DNA of 64,000 nucleotides from Rickettsiales bacterium (GTDB lineage Bacteria; Pseudomonadota; Alphaproteobacteria; Rickettsiales; UBA1997): NCBI GenBank assembly GCA_047404215.1, contig JBDOIV010000038.1, positions 2,220 to 66,219 of the forward strand, read 5' to 3'. Shown piece by piece: positions 62,771 to 64,000 of this stretch (position 1 is its first letter; each line of letters starts with the position of its first letter). The notes under the pieces were generated by a model. It saw only the letters and a program-made list of their open reading frames with translations, ran no database searches and was not told where the DNA came from. The position numbers and the translations under genes were made by a program.

Positions 62771-64000
62771 ATGCCATTATCAGGAAAAGTATCAAGTGCA
62801 AAATCTCGAACAAGATCTTCTGGAGGATTGCAAAGAGCTAATGATAGAAATATGACCACAGAAGGTTCTGGTGGTGCTAAATACCTGAGTAGATCTGATA
62901 ATTCTGGAAAAAGAGAGGTGTCAGGTAGATCTAGGGATCGTAGATCTTCTCAAGCAGGGGGCAGGACCGGCAGTACTCCTAGAGGGGGATCTCAAGGCTC
63001 TGTTAACAAAGATGTTACTAGACAGAGATCTAGACAAGTGCAAGTAGGGGGGTTGGCAGATCAGCGGTTACCTAGTTATAGTAGGCAAGAAGCTAGGTAC
63101 TATAGAGGGGTTGTTGCATCCAAGGGGGCCTTTTTAAGTTCTGCTATGGCAACTGCTGCTGTGTTATCTTCAGCAGTAAGGGTTGGCGCTATCGATTCTG
63201 AATCTTACGTTGCAAGAGGTGGGGCTTTTGATTCCTTAGATGATGTTTCAATATCTTATGGTCAAGCCGGTCCATATTCTAATTATACATTTCTTGATGG
63301 CACTAGGGCGGAAAGCTTGGTATCAAACTTTGTCAATCAAGTATCTTCTCTGTCGTCATTTAGATATCGAGATGACGGGGTTAGTTTTGGTTTAAATGGT
63401 AATTTATTTCAAATAGATGGTGTTACTCGATCTTCCGATGGTCGGTATCGACTTGATCCCACGTTTGTAGCGGACAACGGTTATAACGGCTATCAATTAC
63501 GTATCAGCAATCTACCATATGCAAGCTACAATAGAAGTGATATTAGTACGGGTGGTGTTGTTCAGGCAAATGATGTAATATTACAGCAGATGGCCACCGT
63601 AGTTCCTGAGGTTTCGCAAATTGAGATGGTCGTTCCTGAGGATCAGAGTTTTTATACTGAGCTAACTAATCCTATTACTTTATCATCAGGCTCTACTGGC
63701 TATTCATCATCGGGTTATAATGATTGGACGGTTTTGAGTAACGGTACAACCATAGAGTCATCACAAGGTCATGAATTATTTTTGGTTAATAAGCAAGGCG
63801 TAGTTCATAAATTAAGAGCTGGTGGTGAAGTATATAAGGTTAGAGATCGTTATGGCGATTTAATTAATGGTTTATATTGTCAGGAGTCTGAACTTGGAGA
63901 GATGGTATATCGTCAGGATATACCGGGTCCAGATGGCGGCACAGGGGCCAGATTTTATTTATCTTCAAATCCAGAAGGTTTTGTTGATGTGCCAAATTTT
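62771..64000 (+). CDS. 5' part (410 codons, no stop before the window end) of a third gene with an Arg/Ser/Gly-rich basic N-terminal tail and one hydrophobic segment
   Basis: Not in the ORF track because it has no stop. I translated it by hand with no stop through nt 64000. Tail of about 118 aa, then GAFLSSAMATAAVLSSAVRVGA, then a Gly/Ser/Tyr/Asn-rich beta-looking region. Confidence 0.75.
   Translation, partial: MPLSGKVSSAKSRTRSSGGLQRANDRNMTTEGSGGAKYLSRSDNSGKREVSGRSRDRRSSQAGGRTGSTPRGGSQGSVNKDVTRQRSRQVQVGGLADQRLPSYSRQEARYYRGVVASKGAFLSSAMATAAVLSSAVRVGAIDSESYVARGGAFDSLDDVSISYGQAGPYSNYTFLDGTRAESLVSNFVNQVSSLSSFRYRDDGVSFGLNGNLFQIDGVTRSSDGRYRLDPTFVADNGYNGYQLRISNLPYASYNRSDISTGGVVQANDVILQQMATVVPEVSQIEMVVPEDQSFYTELTNPITLSSGSTGYSSSGYNDWTVLSNGTTIESSQGHELFLVNKQGVVHKLRAGGEVYKVRDRYGDLINGLYCQESELGEMVYRQDIPGPDGGTGARFYLSSNPEGFVDVPNF

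Noticed and set aside
1-64000. Prophage, integrase, transposase or toxin-antitoxin modules flanking the accessory genes
   Set aside because: No ORF in any frame shows integrase, transposase (DDE or tyrosine recombinase), phage structural or small paired TA gene features. The accessory regions are bounded only by short repeats and a gene fragment.

Overview
The window is AT-rich. Its gene content (type-2 ileS, rpoZ-spoT, nuoM-nuoN, pntAA, long-linker ftsZ, fabZ-lpxA, rpsB-tsf-pyrH, mnmE, polA, TlyC-like, yraN) fits a reduced-genome intracellular alphaproteobacterium, Rickettsiales- or Holosporales-like; that placement is an inference. Conserved housekeeping blocks alternate with lineage-specific, effector-like genes. 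(a) At 2-5174 and 8082-8828 sit Ser/Pro/Gly/Asp-rich low-complexity proteins. (b) At 37757-41629 is a 1290-aa ankyrin protein with very recent internal duplications. (c) At 45061-49095, 52592-59623 and 62771-64000 is a cluster of divergent paralogues with no family I recognise. They share a colinear core containing a GxGD(L/I)...F-P-D-x-D-x-F/Y-x-x-P motif. Three members have ordinary signal peptides. Three genes instead have a roughly 110-130 aa Arg/Lys-rich N-terminal tail followed by one hydrophobic segment; two of these carry the shared core, and the third (62771, cut by the window edge) shows only the tail and hydrophobic segment. The most unusual single observation is a complete RimJ/RimL-type GNAT acetyltransferase module inserted in-frame inside isoleucyl-tRNA synthetase (about 18490-19074). 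Other observations: two conserved promoter classes, one of them a roughly 34-bp cassette present in six copies; GC-rich palindrome clusters and a short interspersed repeat family in AT-rich spacers; a diverged internal mnmE fragment next to an accessory gene; and frameshifts in argC (A8 run) and in a hypothetical gene. I found no rRNA, tRNA, CRISPR array, transposase or integrase. All motif coordinates were counted by hand and may be off by a few nt. No database search or statistics were run.
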